In this document: positions 26,182-40,089 of the stretch, piece after piece
How positions within the stretch are numbered: the first letter of the stretch is position 1
Layout: each line of letters opens with the position of its first letter
NCBI GenBank assembly: GCA_951406725.2
Contig: OX597814.1
Location: 116,064,001-116,128,000 of the forward strand
Length of the DNA: 64,000 bases
Source: Octopus vulgaris
Taxonomy: Eukaryota
Direction of reading: 5' to 3'
Translations under genes and position numbers: made by a program
The notes under the pieces: generated by a model
Told to the model about the DNA's origin: nothing
Seen by the model: only the letters and a program-made list of their open reading frames with translations
Database searches by the model: none

Positions 26182-26600
26182 TAGGCGCAAGCGTGGCTGG
26201 GTGGTAAGAATCTTGCTTCCCAACCACATGATTCCCGGGTTCAGTCCCACAGCGTGGCAACTTGGGCAAGTGTTTTCTACTATAGACTCGGGCCGATGAA
26301 AACCTAGTGAGTGGATTTGATGGAAACTGAAAGAAGCCCATCGTATATATATATATATATATATATATGCGATGGACTTCTTTCACTAATATGTGTATAT
26401 CTATGTCTGTGTGTCTTTCTGTCTGTGTTTGTCCACACACCATTTTACGACCAGTGTTGGAGTGATTGCATCCCCGTATCTTAGCTGTCCGGCAAAAGAC
26501 TCTAATAGAATAACTACCAGGATTACAAAATAAGTATTGGGGTCAAATCATTCGACTAAAAAATTCAAGTCGGCGTCCTGGCGTGGCCGCAGTTTAATGT
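26182..26600 (+). mobile_element. SINE family C (diverged)
   Basis: GGCGCAAGCGTGGCTGGGTGGTAAG..GGCAACTTGGGCAAGTG. Confidence 0.8.
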
Positions 26601-27171
26601 TTGAAACATATATATATATATATATATATATCTTTATATGTGTGCATGTGTATGTATTTTTATTCGCATACACAGCGACTCCAGTTACTAGTTGGGATCT
26701 ATGAAATAAATTTTTTTCAGTTTATGGAACTTCGAACTGGGGAAAATGAACGACCTTCTATGTCAACAAACCACTATTGGTTCTGAAAGTTGATTTTTAT
26801 TCCTTCTATAGACTGCTCGAAGCTTACTAACTTCCTACATCTGGATCCAAGTATCCAGGTGTAGGAATATATATGTATGTATGCATGTATGTGTTTATGG
26901 ATGGATGGATGGATATCCCTTTATCCGTTATCGGATTGCTTATTCTCTTCCTTCAACAGTATAGCCAAACATATCGATCCTTGAACCTGTTTCTCACCTG
27001 ATACTTATTTTTACGAAACATAATTGCCAAAGTACTGGTGTTAAAGAAGGCAACAGGCACAGAAGCATAGAACGACACAGACAGTACCGCAACATATATT
27101 AAACGGGATGTATAGGCACACAAGCAGAGAAGCCTTGGTAGTGTTGGTGGTTGGACGATGCAGCTATTAAC

Positions 27172-27227
<56 letters not shown>

Positions 27228-27437
27228 CACTCATACACATATAATTAATAATATCAAAGGGTAATCAGAAATATTAGAAATTTCCATTACCAGTGGCCTA
27301 GCGTGTAAAATTTTAGTCAATAGATTATATATTATTCATATAAATACAGTGTACATATGTATCTATATAAATACACTGTATTTATATGAATATATATACA
27401 TATATATATTCACACTCACACACACACACACACACAC

Positions 27438-27479
<42 letters not shown>

Positions 27480-27539
27480 CATACGCATATATGCACATAG
27501 AAATATATGCATGCATAACAATATTTATACATTTATCAA

Positions 27540-27755
27540 ATCGGCGTGTTGGCAGAGACATTAGCACGCCGGGCGAAATGCTTAGCGATATTTCGTCTGT
27601 CTTTATGTTCTGAGTTCAAGTTCCGCCGAGGTCGAATTTGCTTTTCATCCTTTCGGAGTCAATAAATTAAGTACCAGTTGCGTACTGGAGCCGGTCTAAT
27701 CGACTGGCCCCCTCCCAAAAAATTCCGGTCCTTGTGCTTAGAGTAGAAAAGAATA
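27540..27755 (+). mobile_element. SINE family B with alternative tail
   Basis: GGCAGAGACATTAGCACGCCGGGCGAAATGC..TTTCATCCTTTCGGAGTCAATAAATTAAGTACCAG..CCTTGTGCTTAGAGTAGAAAAG. Confidence 0.8.
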
Positions 27756-28290
27756 TTTGTGTCTGTCTGTCTGTCTGTCTCTTTTGCTTTTCATCACACT
27801 TTCTGACTGTCTGTTAGTCTGTCTCTCTCTCTCTCGGTCTCCCTTTCTTTCTGTCTGACAGTTTGTGTTTCTTCCTGCATCATTCTGTCTGTCTGTCCGT
27901 CTCTTTCTCTCTCTCTATTGGTATGTATGTAGTTATTAACTGACTGAAGTAAAATGAATGTGCATTCTGTTATGCACTGATGTATTCATAATAGTATGTA
28001 TTAGCATGTGTACTTAGATGTCAAAGTGACGTCAATATTTAAAGCATGTTTAATTAAAATATATATAATCTCTTTCATTGTCTCGCATATAATCTCTTTC
28101 GTTGTTTCGCATATCCATGTACATACATATATACATGTCTGTATATACACACAAGCATGCGTATATTTGTGTCCATGTGTGTGTGTCTGTAGATGTCTTG
28201 ATATATATTTACATAATCGAAAAGGTTACGTAGAGAATGCATATTAATTTCGATGTTCAATCGATTTGAGCTAATATCCGTACACACACA

Positions 28291-28325
<35 letters not shown>

Positions 28326-28397
28326 GTTCTTAGTTTCAAGCCAAGGAATGCGGCCATGCTGGGGCATTCCTACATATATACATGCATACATGCATAT

Positions 28398-28462
<65 letters not shown>

Positions 28463-28888
28463 GGCATAGGAGTGGCTGTGTGGTAAGCAGCTTGCTTACG
28501 AACCACATGGTTCCGGGTTCAGTCCCACTGCGTGGCACCTTAGGCAAGTGTCTTCTACTATAGCCTCGGGCCGACCAATGCCTACCAGGATTTGGTAGAT
28601 GGAAACTGAAAGAAGCCCGTCGTATATATGTATATATATATATATATACGTGTGTGTGTACGTGTATCTGTGTATGTTTGTGTGTCTCTGTTTGTCCCCC
28701 TAACATCGCTTGACAACCGATGCTGGTGTGTTTACGTCCCCTATAACTTAGCGGTTCGGCAAAAGAGGCCGCTAGAATAAGTACTATGCTTACAAAGAAT
28801 AGGTCCTGGGGTCGAATCACTCGACTAAAAGGTGGTGCTCCAGCATGGCCACAGTCAAATGACTGAAACAAGTGAAAGAGTAAAAGAG
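28463..28888 (+). mobile_element. SINE family C inserted in (TA)/(CA) repeat
   Basis: Full-length match to 51145-51536. Confidence 0.9.
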
Positions 28889-28900
28889 TATACACACCCA

Positions 28901-28988
<88 letters not shown>

Positions 28989-29228
28989 TTTAATACATAT
29001 ACTGAAAGAGGTACATGCTTTTATGATACTTTACATAAGCGTTTCGTAAAATACGCCGTTTTTCTCCAAGCAAAATTTCAGGCTCTCTTTATTTGATACA
29101 TATTTTAAAACTAGGGCAGTAGGCAGTGGGAAGTAAGAAAAAAAGAGATGAAAACACGCGTGCACACACAGACAGACAGACAGATACACACACAGATATC
29201 GGGCCGGATATACATGTATGGGTACGTA

Positions 29229-29279
<51 letters not shown>

Positions 29280-29639
29280 ATATATTATATATATATATAT
29301 ATATATGCGTGTATTTCTCGTATATATCTATAAATTCAATTACATATGCATGCATACATATCTATATACCATAATTTAGCAGTTTTAAATATATACAATA
29401 TATATGCATCTGATTACATCTATCAATAATGTGCGTGTGAGCTAAACTGTATTTACATATTCATGTGTATATTCCTATGTATATAATTATATACATACAT
29501 AGTCATACATTCATTTAAAATTAATTTTCAATTAATTTTTTTCAAGTACTGTTGAGCAACAATATATTGACAGATTGGGATTGAATGAATAAAGTTGAAT
29601 AAAGAATAAGGAATAAGAGAGAAACCTACTTTATACATA

Positions 29640-29761
29640 ATACCTATACATACACGCATACAAACATGCATACATACTTACATACACACACATACATGCA
29701 TGCGCACATATATATCTGTATGTATATATATATATGGACATATATATATACATATGCATTC

Positions 29762-29792
<31 letters not shown>

Positions 29793-29801
29793 TTATATAC
29801 A

Positions 29802-29844
<43 letters not shown>

Positions 29845-29859
29845 GGATGTATATACATA

Positions 29860-29917
<58 letters not shown>

Positions 29918-30540
29918 TTGAATTATAAAAGGAGCAAAAATACTGGAGATTCAGTACACACCACGTGGCAAAATTATGAGTTGAATATATTTGGAAAAAC
30001 AAACATAAAAAGTGGAAGAGAAATGCGTTCGTTTCACATAGTTTAATAACTTTTTATAAAAAAAATTGTTGTTATATATATACATAAATTATCTATTTAT
30101 ATATATATAACAAAATTTGTTTATAAAAAGATTAAACTGTGTGAAACGAACGCATTTCTGTTCCGCTTTTTATGTTTTCCACATATTTTCAACCTATACA
30201 CATACACATACACATACACACACGCACATGTATGCGTATACACCTATGTATGTGTATGCATGCATGTATGTATGTATGTATGTATGTATGTATGTATGTA
30301 TGTATGTATGTATGTATGTATGTATGTATGCATGTATGGATGTATGTATGTATGTTTGTGTGTGTATTTGTACATATATATATATACGATATACGTTGCA
30401 TGAAAGAATTACATTTCAAATACAATTAAGAAAATGTTTTCTGAAAGGAAGAAAATACATACGTACGTACATACATACATACATACATACATACATACAT
30501 ACATACATACATACATACATACACATACATGCGTGCATAC

Positions 30541-30613
<73 letters not shown>

Positions 30614-30660
30614 TATATATGCATATGTTTGTGTGTGTGTGTGTGTATTCATACATAGAT
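29640..30660. repeat. Clustered (TA)n/(TATG)n/(CATA)n microsatellites
   Basis: Direct inspection. Confidence 0.85.
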
Positions 30661-31220
30661 GTATCTTTACATACTTAAAATGATGAAGTTCCTTGATAGA
30701 AAAATTCCTTAAGTGTCGTTAGGAAATATTGTGTCACATTGCGCTTCGTCTGGATCTTTAGTAGGTAGACATTCCGAATATCAACTTCCGGTTTGAATTT
30801 AAAACTGAGAAATGAAGGATCATTCACGCCCGTTAATCCGAATGAAAGAATATGATATAACAAAATGTACGATTATGTAAAAGAACGATGATATCAAAAC
30901 CTAAGTGGTTTACTTTCGGTTGTTTGTGAAAATATTGAAGAGGAAAGGAAGCAGCTGCTTGGGGCGTAAGAAGTGTGTGATAGAGAAAAAAGTAAAACAA
31001 ACAAAAAATAAAAAAAAAAACAGGAAATAGTCTTACACAAACATACTTAATTCAAAACACATTTGTACGCGCCGTCGCTCATTTGCTATTCACGCTCAAG
31101 AAATATCATACGGTCATACCTCAACATGCTGTGTACACAAATTATCAGAAAATGTTAGCTGTAATAAATTATACAACTTACTCACGGGAATGTATACATA
31201 CTTACTGAAAACCTCAATGC

Positions 31221-31415
<195 letters not shown>

Positions 31416-31589
31416 AGCTCTCATACTTTCACTGTCCCATTTTGCTTCTCGTCATCGTTTTCCTGTCTTGCTTTTGCTTTTATGGAACATTTCCTTACGA
31501 CACGCCTCCCGCTCCAGTCATAAAAAACTTTCTATCCTACTCTAAACTTTTACCTCTCCATCTTCCTCCTTAACTCAATCCCTCCCTCC

Positions 31590-32252
31590 AGCCACCTATC
31601 CAGCCAGCCAACCAGCCAATTTGTCAGCCAACCAACCAGTCATCCATCCATCCATCCATCCAACCAACCAACCAACCATTTATCCATCCATCCATCCATC
31701 CAACCAACCAGCCAGCCATTCATCCATCCATCCATCCACCCATCCATCCATCCAACCAACCAACCAACCAACCATTCATCCATCCATCCACCCATCCATC
31801 CATCCATCCATCCATCCATCCATCCATCCATCCAACCATCCATACATCCATCCATCCATCCATCCATCCTTCCAACCAACCAACCAACCATCCATCCATC
31901 CATCCATCCATCCATCCATCCATCCAACCAACCATCCATCCATCCATCCATCCATCCATCCAACCAACCAACCATCCATCCATCCATCCATCCATCCATC
32001 CATCCAACAAACCAACAAGTCATCCATCCATCCATCCATCCATCCATCCATCCATCCATCCATCCATCCATCCATCCATCCATCCATCCATCCATCCATC
32101 CATCCATCCATCCATCCATCCATCCATCTATCCATCCATCCAACTAACCAGCCAGCCAGTCATCCATCCATCCATCCATCCATCCAACCAGCCAGTCATC
32201 CATCCATCCATCCATCCATCCATCCATCCATCCATCCATCCATCCATCCATC
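31590..32252. repeat. (CCAT)n/(CCAA)n tetranucleotide array
   Basis: Direct inspection. Explains the HPSI and MDGW pseudo-ORFs. Confidence 0.95.
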
Positions 32253-32609
32253 ATTCCAGTTCTGCTATGAAACCATTGATTCAGATTTTTTGCCTCACAA
32301 GTGTGAGATATCTCCTTATCCTATACACCACCTATATACATATCTGATAATCTGATAACCACAGCCGGGTTTATAATCTGCTAATCTACCGACGCAAACT
32401 TACGTGGGCGCTCAGAAGCACACAAACACATACAAACAGTCTCCCACATACGCACAGTCACTCACAGACGCACACAAATACACAAATACAAACACGCACA
32501 CACAGTTATACGCCCACGCTGTTCTATTTAAACGTGAGAACTAGCGCACAGCATGCTATAAACACACACACACACGCATTTATGTATATATCCATGTGTA
32601 TGTGTGTCT

Positions 32610-32810
32610 TTCTGTCTGTACTTGTCCCCGCGTCCTCACCGCTTGAAAGCCTGTGTTGGTGTGTTTACGTTCACATAACATGGCGAGTCGGCAAAAGAGT
32701 AAGTATGAAGCTTTAAAAAAGTCCCGGGGACGATTTGTTCGGTGAAACCCTTTCAAGGCGATGCCCTAGCATGGCCGCAGTCAAATGACTAAAAGAACTA
32801 AACGATAAAA
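32610..32810 (+). mobile_element. SINE family C, 3' half
   Basis: GTGTTGGTGTGTTTACG..GGCAAAAGAG..AGCATGGCCGCAGTCAAATGACT. Confidence 0.7.
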
Positions 32811-32829
32811 TATCTGAAAAAATAATATG

Positions 32830-32875
<46 letters not shown>

Positions 32876-32877
<2 letters not shown>

Positions 32878-33183
32878 ACCGCGATCACCGTGACCGACCA
32901 GGCTATCAGATGTTGCTACACATCGCTGGTCACAATGCGCTTCGCATTGTTTTAGCCTTCAAATGACGCTACCGTGCTGGCTAAGTGAGAATACCAACAG
33001 AAAAAAAAGTGAGAGAAAGTTGTGGCGAAAGAATACAGCAGGGATCGCCACCACCCCCTACCGGAGCCTCGTTGAGTTTTAGATTTTTTCGCTCAATAAA
33101 CACTCACAATGTTCGGTCTGGGAATCGAAACCACGATCCTACGACCGCGAGTCCGCTGCCCTAACCACTGGGCCATTGTGCCG

Positions 33184-33187
<4 letters not shown>
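32876..33187 (-). mobile_element. SINE family A with a different 3' tail
   Basis: Same tRNA-Arg-like head and body as the other A copies, but the tail GTCACCGCGATCACCGTGACCGACCAGG.. differs from the tails at 5776 and 42279. Confidence 0.8.
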
Positions 33188-33221
<34 letters not shown>

Positions 33222-33617
33222 ACACACACACGTACACAGACACATACGCACACATACACACACATATGTAGGTATGTAAATAATATATATATAATTTAAT
33301 ATCACCTAGATAAAAAACTAAAAAAGTATCTTATCAAATCTCTTCTAGAGTTATCGGCTACCTTATGCAATGATCTCAAAGCCGCTCACCTGATCACGTG
33401 GGAGTACACAACTTTTGCTGGATCATATTTACATAAGATTTATATAATAATACGTGTAACATGTGAAACATTTAGCAACCTACCGCTGTTGCTAATTGCA
33501 CCGAAATAATTTCATTCTATTATAAGAGCGCAGAGATATAATAATCATGTCTTCGATAAGTTTAAGTGAATTTGAATTTCTGTTGATCGTTTCAGTGATT
33601 CCGTTAACATATATATA

Positions 33618-33953
33618 GGCCCCCGTGCAATGCATCTCCTACAAAGGTCGAGATGACATCATATAAGAACATTGTGAGACTATTTCTTCACTGCAAATGG
33701 TCCTACACTTTTCAATGCTATCCCAAAAGAAATTAAAGTAGAAAAAGACCCCACAACTTTCAAACGGTACCTGGACAAATTTCACTAGGAAATACCAGAT
33801 AAACCACCTACACCTGGATACATTCCAGCCAACAACAACTCTCTGCTTGAGTGGTCCATCGTGTCCCGAAATAATTAACTAAAAGACTCTCCCAGGTGGA
33901 GCTACTGAATTAGTCATGGCCTGGGTCGATTATAGCCGAAACCAATCTAAGTT
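33618..33953 (+). mobile_element. 5'-truncated CR1/L2-group LINE 3' end (pseudogenised)
   Basis: Translates FFTANGPTLFNAIPKEIKVEKDPTTFKRYLDKFH*EIPDKPPTPGYIPANNNSLLEW, a typical ORF2 C-terminus, with stops. (TA)-flanked. Confidence 0.75.
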
Positions 33954-34140
33954 TTATATATATATATGCATGTCTGATGAAAAGAAGAAGTAAACAAACA
34001 AAATTTTTGAAACTTGGATTTTCAACATCAGAAGTATTCTGGCCCTGGTTTGGATCCCGAGGGTGTTGACAGCCCAGTATTCGTGTCGAGTGTTTCTCTG
34101 GAAATAGCCCAATTTCACATGATTTTAGTATATATATATG

Positions 34141-34221
<81 letters not shown>

Positions 34222-34240
34222 GTAATTATATATATATATA

Positions 34241-34304
<64 letters not shown>

Positions 34305-34308
<4 letters not shown>

Positions 34309-34810
34309 TAGTAGTATGGGATATTCCATTATCGGAGACAAATAGGGAAAATGAGAAGAATATAGATTAATTAATGGCATAGAGCATAGAAGTAAAGAAA
34401 TAAAGAGAGGATGATAGAGAGAAGAAAAAAAAAGCATAAACGTGCACGATTCAACGTTCCAATGTTATAGAAATAAATCCATAAGTCCTTAGGCACAATC
34501 CGGCGTAGATCCATGTAGGTTAATCTCCTGATATTGTAAACATCCAGAAGAAAAGACGCGAGCATAACTGAATGTGTCATTTTTCTTCATCTCCTTATTC
34601 CTTTACTCCTGTCCGCTATGTCGTCATTTCATTAATCTATGCCCTTCTCATTTTCCCTATTTGTCTCTGATGAATATCCCATACTCTGGGATATCCCAGA
34701 AACAGCTGTAAAACTTTGAATATTTTTCCAATAATAATAATGTATATGACTTGAGATGTTTGCCTTGACTTAACGTTTGTTGTCCTCTTTAACAACATAG
34801 TTAAAATCTT
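34305..34810 (+). mobile_element. Inverted-repeat element with hammerhead motif, family H3
   Basis: Inverted arms 34314-34377 and 34625-34684. Plus strand: GTCT-CTGATGA(34667-34673)-ATATCCCA tactc TGGGATAT-ccca-GAAA(34699-34702)-CAGCTG-TA. The inverted partial copy supplies TA|AGAC for stem I. Confidence 0.7.
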
Positions 34811-34949
34811 GTCCATACATAAAACAGACGCAACGCTTAGACAAATTACAGAAGCTACACACATAATAGAAGATAAACCTAGCCTGAATAGGAAACTAGA
34901 ATGGAACACTAGCACACACACCCAACACACCACAACCTATGACAGAATA

Positions 34950-35006
<57 letters not shown>

Positions 35007-35139
35007 TACATGTATATATATATATATGCGCGTGAATCGTCTAAAAGACCATAAATCATGGAAAAGATGCACTCGTATATCTGTCAATAGAGTGAGTATA
35101 GTATCCGAAATATATAGTATTATATAGCCATCACAGCTG

Positions 35140-35222
35140 ATATTACCAATCAGTTTCGCGCAATGAATACAATGGACTGTTAGATAACAATTCGGTTATA
35201 TAACTTTACGCTCATCAGATTT
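35140..35222 (-). ncRNA. Type I hammerhead-like motif with long loop II, family H4
   Basis: AAAT-CTGATGA(35218-35212)-GCGTAA..TTGCGC-GAAA-CTGATTGG-TA-ATAT. Confidence 0.5.
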
Positions 35223-36214
35223 AGCCGATATGGAAGGGAATATGGCAACTGCTCTCTATTGACGTAGGTGAATTAACACAATCGGTCTGCGGCTGCATTT
35301 GAAAAGGGTGGTGAAATGAAAAAGGGCCAAGAGATTAGGTTAAGAGTTATGCCTCTTGGCTGGGTATGCTGTGAGGCCGGTAAGAGTTATCATAAAGCGT
35401 TTGTGGAGGAAGTGTGCATTAAGTGTGGTGCTCTTACTGGGATGGGGTATTTGATATTTGTAGTGGTGTCATGTGCATAATTTTTCGAGGTTGTAGGTAT
35501 ATATGGCTGTGTTCGTTGTCTATTTTCTTCTGTAAAGCTTAAGGTCAGGAAATGGTGAAACTTGAAGCAGATAATGCTATAAATGTCCTACGGACAACCT
35601 TTTAATCAAATATTCACGTGCTGTTTTATCTGCTTTGTGTTTAAAAACAAAAACGAAATCAAATATAACACGCTCAAAATTACTTCACGGTCTCTCAAGT
35701 TTATAGATACTTTATGGCGCCAGTAATATGCATACACAGATATACATGCTTATATAGATACATACATACATGAATTAATGCGGAACTTAGTGCTCTTGTA
35801 CTCTATACATTCTCATTTGTATCTATCACCTTGGGTGCGTTAGACTATATATCTACAATTTACGCAAATACCTAGAAATATTAAGTTTTTGGAATAAAGA
35901 GTAAAAGAAACTGATGTGGATTCCCAAAATCCAATCTATTAACGGTACAGTGAAGATTTGTAAGTCATTATAAAGATTCTCCCTCCGAAATTCTTTAGAC
36001 GAACAGATGCACACACCTGAGTGTCTGTATCGAGAGCTCGATGACACACCAACTCAATCACATATTTACAAACACCGGAATCTCACTTAACTCAAAAAGT
36101 TTTGTCACTTTGTTGGCTACCGGCTTGAACTCTCTTTAGAGGAATTTAAATAAGCTCAAAGAAAACACAGACACACAGGCACAGACAGACACAGACATAC
36201 ACACTTATACGCAC

Positions 36215-36247
<33 letters not shown>

Positions 36248-36747
36248 TATACCCTCCTCAGTACGAGTACTAAAACATTTTACAATTGTTTAACATGATG
36301 TGTGGTGGTGGTAGTGGTGGTGGCGTGTGTGTGTGTGTGTTTGTGTGTGCGAATGCATACAGCCAAACATTTATACAGCCTGGTTATAATAATCTTTATA
36401 TCGGAGAGTTAATCCGATGAGTACATGATGAGTACATAACGTTCATATCAAGATGAGTACATGGTGTTCATATCAAGATGAGTACATGACATTCATATAA
36501 ATATGCTAATATACATTTATGTAAATAATATCTGTATGTATAGATTGAGATGTTACCAAAATATTTACATGTCCAAAACGTATATATTTTAATAAGCTCT
36601 GCCTCAAAATACCGTAATATTAACATTAGAATAACAATAAATAAATATATTGTCATATTTATATATATCTTACAAAATATACTCTCCTTTCCGCCTGTAA
36701 GTGTGTGTGTATGTGAGAGTGTGGATATATATATGTATATATACATG

Positions 36748-36809
<62 letters not shown>

Positions 36810-36889
36810 AATAATATATAAATTTATGCATATATACATACATATATGTATATACCTACAAATATATGTATATATACATGCATATATGG

Positions 36890-37480
36890 GCACAGGGCAT
36901 AAAAAAAAACGTTAAACACAATGAGAAACGCGAACATAGAAAGCGAACTCTTTCGAACAGCGAAAAAAAAAAAAGAAACAGAGAAACGAGACATGCAACA
37001 TAAAGAATATTCCTCTTCGTCAGTTATCCCTGTTTCATCTACTCCGCGTCGGAAGTAAGGACAATACGCGACTTCGTTGAAACAGTCCTTCCCGCAAAGC
37101 AAATTAAATAAAAAGTTGGGATTTTGCGGTGGGTGAAAGCGGTAACAAGAAAAGGACAGTGATAACAAGACAGTAAAAACAAACTATATATATATATATA
37201 TATATATATACATAGTTCAGCGCAGTGTAAATAACGGACAGAGTTAAGACTATTGAAAAAGTTGCAAGATGCAACGTAGTTCAAATTTGCAAAACAAAAG
37301 ACGATGACAGGCAAGAGAAACAACAAGCATATGTATTAGTTTGACGCTGGGGAGTAATGGAAAAGTCTTTGACGTTCCGCACCTACGCTCTTCGTCAGAA
37401 AGGATGGAGTGAAAAAAAACTGGAGAGAGAACGAAGAAGACAGAGAGAAAAATTGTTTAGGCATTAACAGTTCAGCATGA
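36890..37480 (-). mobile_element. TA-embedded Penelope-like terminal repeat with degenerate hammerhead motifs
   Basis: CTGACGAAGAG at 37398-37388 followed by CGTAGGTGCGGAACGTCAAAG (cf. GAGC..GCTCGAAACGTC in H5). A second CTGACGAAGAG starts at 37023. Confidence 0.5.
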
Positions 37481-38091
37481 TATCCTTATCAACACGAATT
37501 TTTCAATAACTTCACTTCACTTTCAATATTGAGTCCCTCAGTCAGCAAATGCTTTATTGTACGTTCTTAAACTTGCTGATACCGTAACATCTTAGGGTTC
37601 AAAGGCTCACGATTTGTCTATACTTGCAAAAAGGCCTTACAGATGCACGAAGTGTACACGTGGATGTGTCAAAGAACAATTTGAGAATGATTTAATCTGA
37701 TATACCAAGTGAACCCATAGCGTAAGAAATGAAAAAGGGGCAGCTCTGTCTAACTCACTACGTCACCAGGGTCGATTCCGGAAACAGGACCGGATGAGAG
37801 AACAATCGATTCCGGAGAATGGTCCGGGTACAAACAAGCATTAGCGCTGATGGCGGTGCCCTAGAATGATCACAGCCTCTGGCTGAATCCGATAACAGAA
37901 TCATAGAATAATAGTAACCTGAAATTAACATTTAGAAATACAAAGATATAAGTGTGCATGTGCGTGTGGGTGAGTGTGTGTGGGTGTGTGTGTGTGGGTG
38001 AGTGTGTGTGGGTGAGTGTGTGTATGCGAATGTGCGTCTCTTTTTTTAAAGCAAAAATATAAACATGCGACAATTCGAAATAGATACGCAC

Positions 38092-38226
38092 GTTGTGATG
38101 ATGCACACCTTTGGTAGGGTAAACACAGTTTCTGATGTTACGTTGTGCCATACTGAAAGGAACCTGGTCTGGCTTCTGCTCCATGTTGTCCCGTTGGTCA
38201 CCGTGGTCCTTCTTAGCGGCCGCCAT
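38092..38226 (-). CDS. Candidate first coding exon (45 aa) of the TMEM121-like gene
   Basis: CCCATGGCG start context in a CpG-rich unique island. Encodes MAAAKKDHGD..KGVHHHN and ends at a phase-0 AAC|GTGCGT donor, matching the phase-0 acceptor at 13051. Confidence 0.5.
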
Positions 38227-39230
38227 GGGTAACAGTAACCTCGTCAAAGTGTAGCAACAACTGACAACTATTGTAAATGATATTTACGGAAAGCACTCAT
38301 TTTACGGAAGTCGCTCTCGGAAGCCGACATCGAGGCCATGGATGTTTAACTTGGGTGGAAGGCGAAACATGTGTGCGCATCCAAGCCTGCGAAGTTAGAA
38401 AGATGAAGAGAGCCGGTCGGACATTTGAAAACGGCTCTGTATTATTGATTTCCAAATGTGGATATGTGTGTATAAGTGTGTCTGTCTGTATACGTATGTG
38501 TGTATGTGTGTGTGAGTATGTATGTATGTAAGTATGTATCAGTGTGTGAGTATATATGAATATGTGTACAGATGCGTATATGTGTGTGATTGTCCCTCCG
38601 ATCCCATTATGCATATTCAATTTTCTATTCTCAGTCGGCTCACTCGTACAATGTAGGCATTAAAGGACGTCATTATTGTAATTGAGTTGGTCTATGGAAA
38701 AAACAAAGAAACAAAAAAAAAACGAAAAACAATAAAACAAACAAGCCAACAAACAAAAACAAAAACAAGATAAAACAAAATAGAGAAGACATTTTCAATG
38801 TTTTACTATTCATTCGACACGGCACGAGATCCATTGTTTTGTTGTTGTTATTGTATTAGAAATATAAAGACAACCAACAGAATTAGGTTACACATACAGA
38901 CGACACCAATACACATATATGGTTACACACATGCGTTTGTACACACGCACACACACACACGCACACACACACATGCATATATATAAGCAAATTATTTAAT
39001 AATGAAATTCGAAGTAGATAAAGCTATAGGGGAAATACTAGAGCTATAGGTGAATACGCGTGAAATACGGGATTAAAACTCCGATGAATAGAAAAAGTGG
39101 AAGGCTGTACATATACACAAACGTACTTCACCAAATATATGTATATATATATGTGTGTGTGAGTGTGTGTGTATATATATATATATACATACACACACAT
39201 ACATACGCATATATATACATATATACGTAC

Positions 39231-39261
<31 letters not shown>

Positions 39262-39269
39262 AATATACA

Positions 39270-39452
39270 CGCACACACACACATATACACGACGGGCTTC
39301 TTTTAGTTTCCGTCTACTAAATCCACTTACAACGCTTTGGTTGGTCCGAGGCTTTAGTAGAAGATATCTGCCCAAGGTGCCACGCAGTGGGACTGAACCG
39401 GGAACCATGTGGTTTGTAAGCAAGCTACTTATCACACATTCACTCCTGCGCC

Positions 39453-39453
<1 letters not shown>
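39270..39453 (-). mobile_element. SINE family C, 5' half
   Basis: ..GCCCAAGGTGCCACGCAGTGGGACTGAACCGGGAACC..CACTCCTGCGCC. Confidence 0.8.
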
Positions 39454-39511
<58 letters not shown>

Positions 39512-39849
39512 CATAATGTATATATACGCACGCAACGGACACTTACACATACATCTACACACATTGAAGCACCATGAAACATGTTCAAGAAAATAAAATG
39601 CATACAAATACGTTGTTATGCTCGTAATTGCAACAGACATAGTTCCAAGCCAACGATAACTCGACCCACTATAATTAGCAGCCAAATGTCACTAAATCTC
39701 ACTATCTTAGTCATGGATCGATATATTAATTAATGTATTTCTACGTAATGATTTTAGATTTTGGCACATGACAGGCATTTTAAGATCGGTGGGGTGGGGT
39801 GATAGTCGATTCTAGTAGGAGCACAATGCTTACACTTTTGGGGGTAGTG

Positions 39850-39995
39850 TAGTGCATTACATCAACCCCAGTGCTCAACTGGTAACTATTTTATCGACCT
39901 CGAAAGGAGGCAAAGTCGACTCTGGTGGAATTTGAACTCAGAACGTTTAGAGACGAAATAAATATCGCTAAACGTTTTGCCTAGTGTGCTAACAA
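39850..39995 (-). mobile_element. Degraded SINE family B
   Basis: CCCCAGTGCTCAACTGGTAAC..GGCAAAGTCGACTCTGGTGGAATTTGAACTCAGAACG. Confidence 0.65.
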
Positions 39996-40089
39996 ATTTT
40001 CTTGTTGAAACCAACGAGGGTAGTTAGTTTGACTATTTTTGCCTGCAGCTTAACCAACAAGAACAAGAACAACAATTTAAAAGTGCTTC

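Noticed and set aside
28257-28949. 230-aa minus-strand ORF
   Set aside because: Antisense reading of SINE C plus microsatellites.
31621-32355. 244-aa HPSI-repeat ORF and antisense MDGW ORFs
   Set aside because: Stop-free reading of a (CCAT)n array.
36416-36497. Short 11/25-bp tandem repeats of GATGAGTACAT
   Set aside because: Ordinary slippage minisatellite with no further structure.
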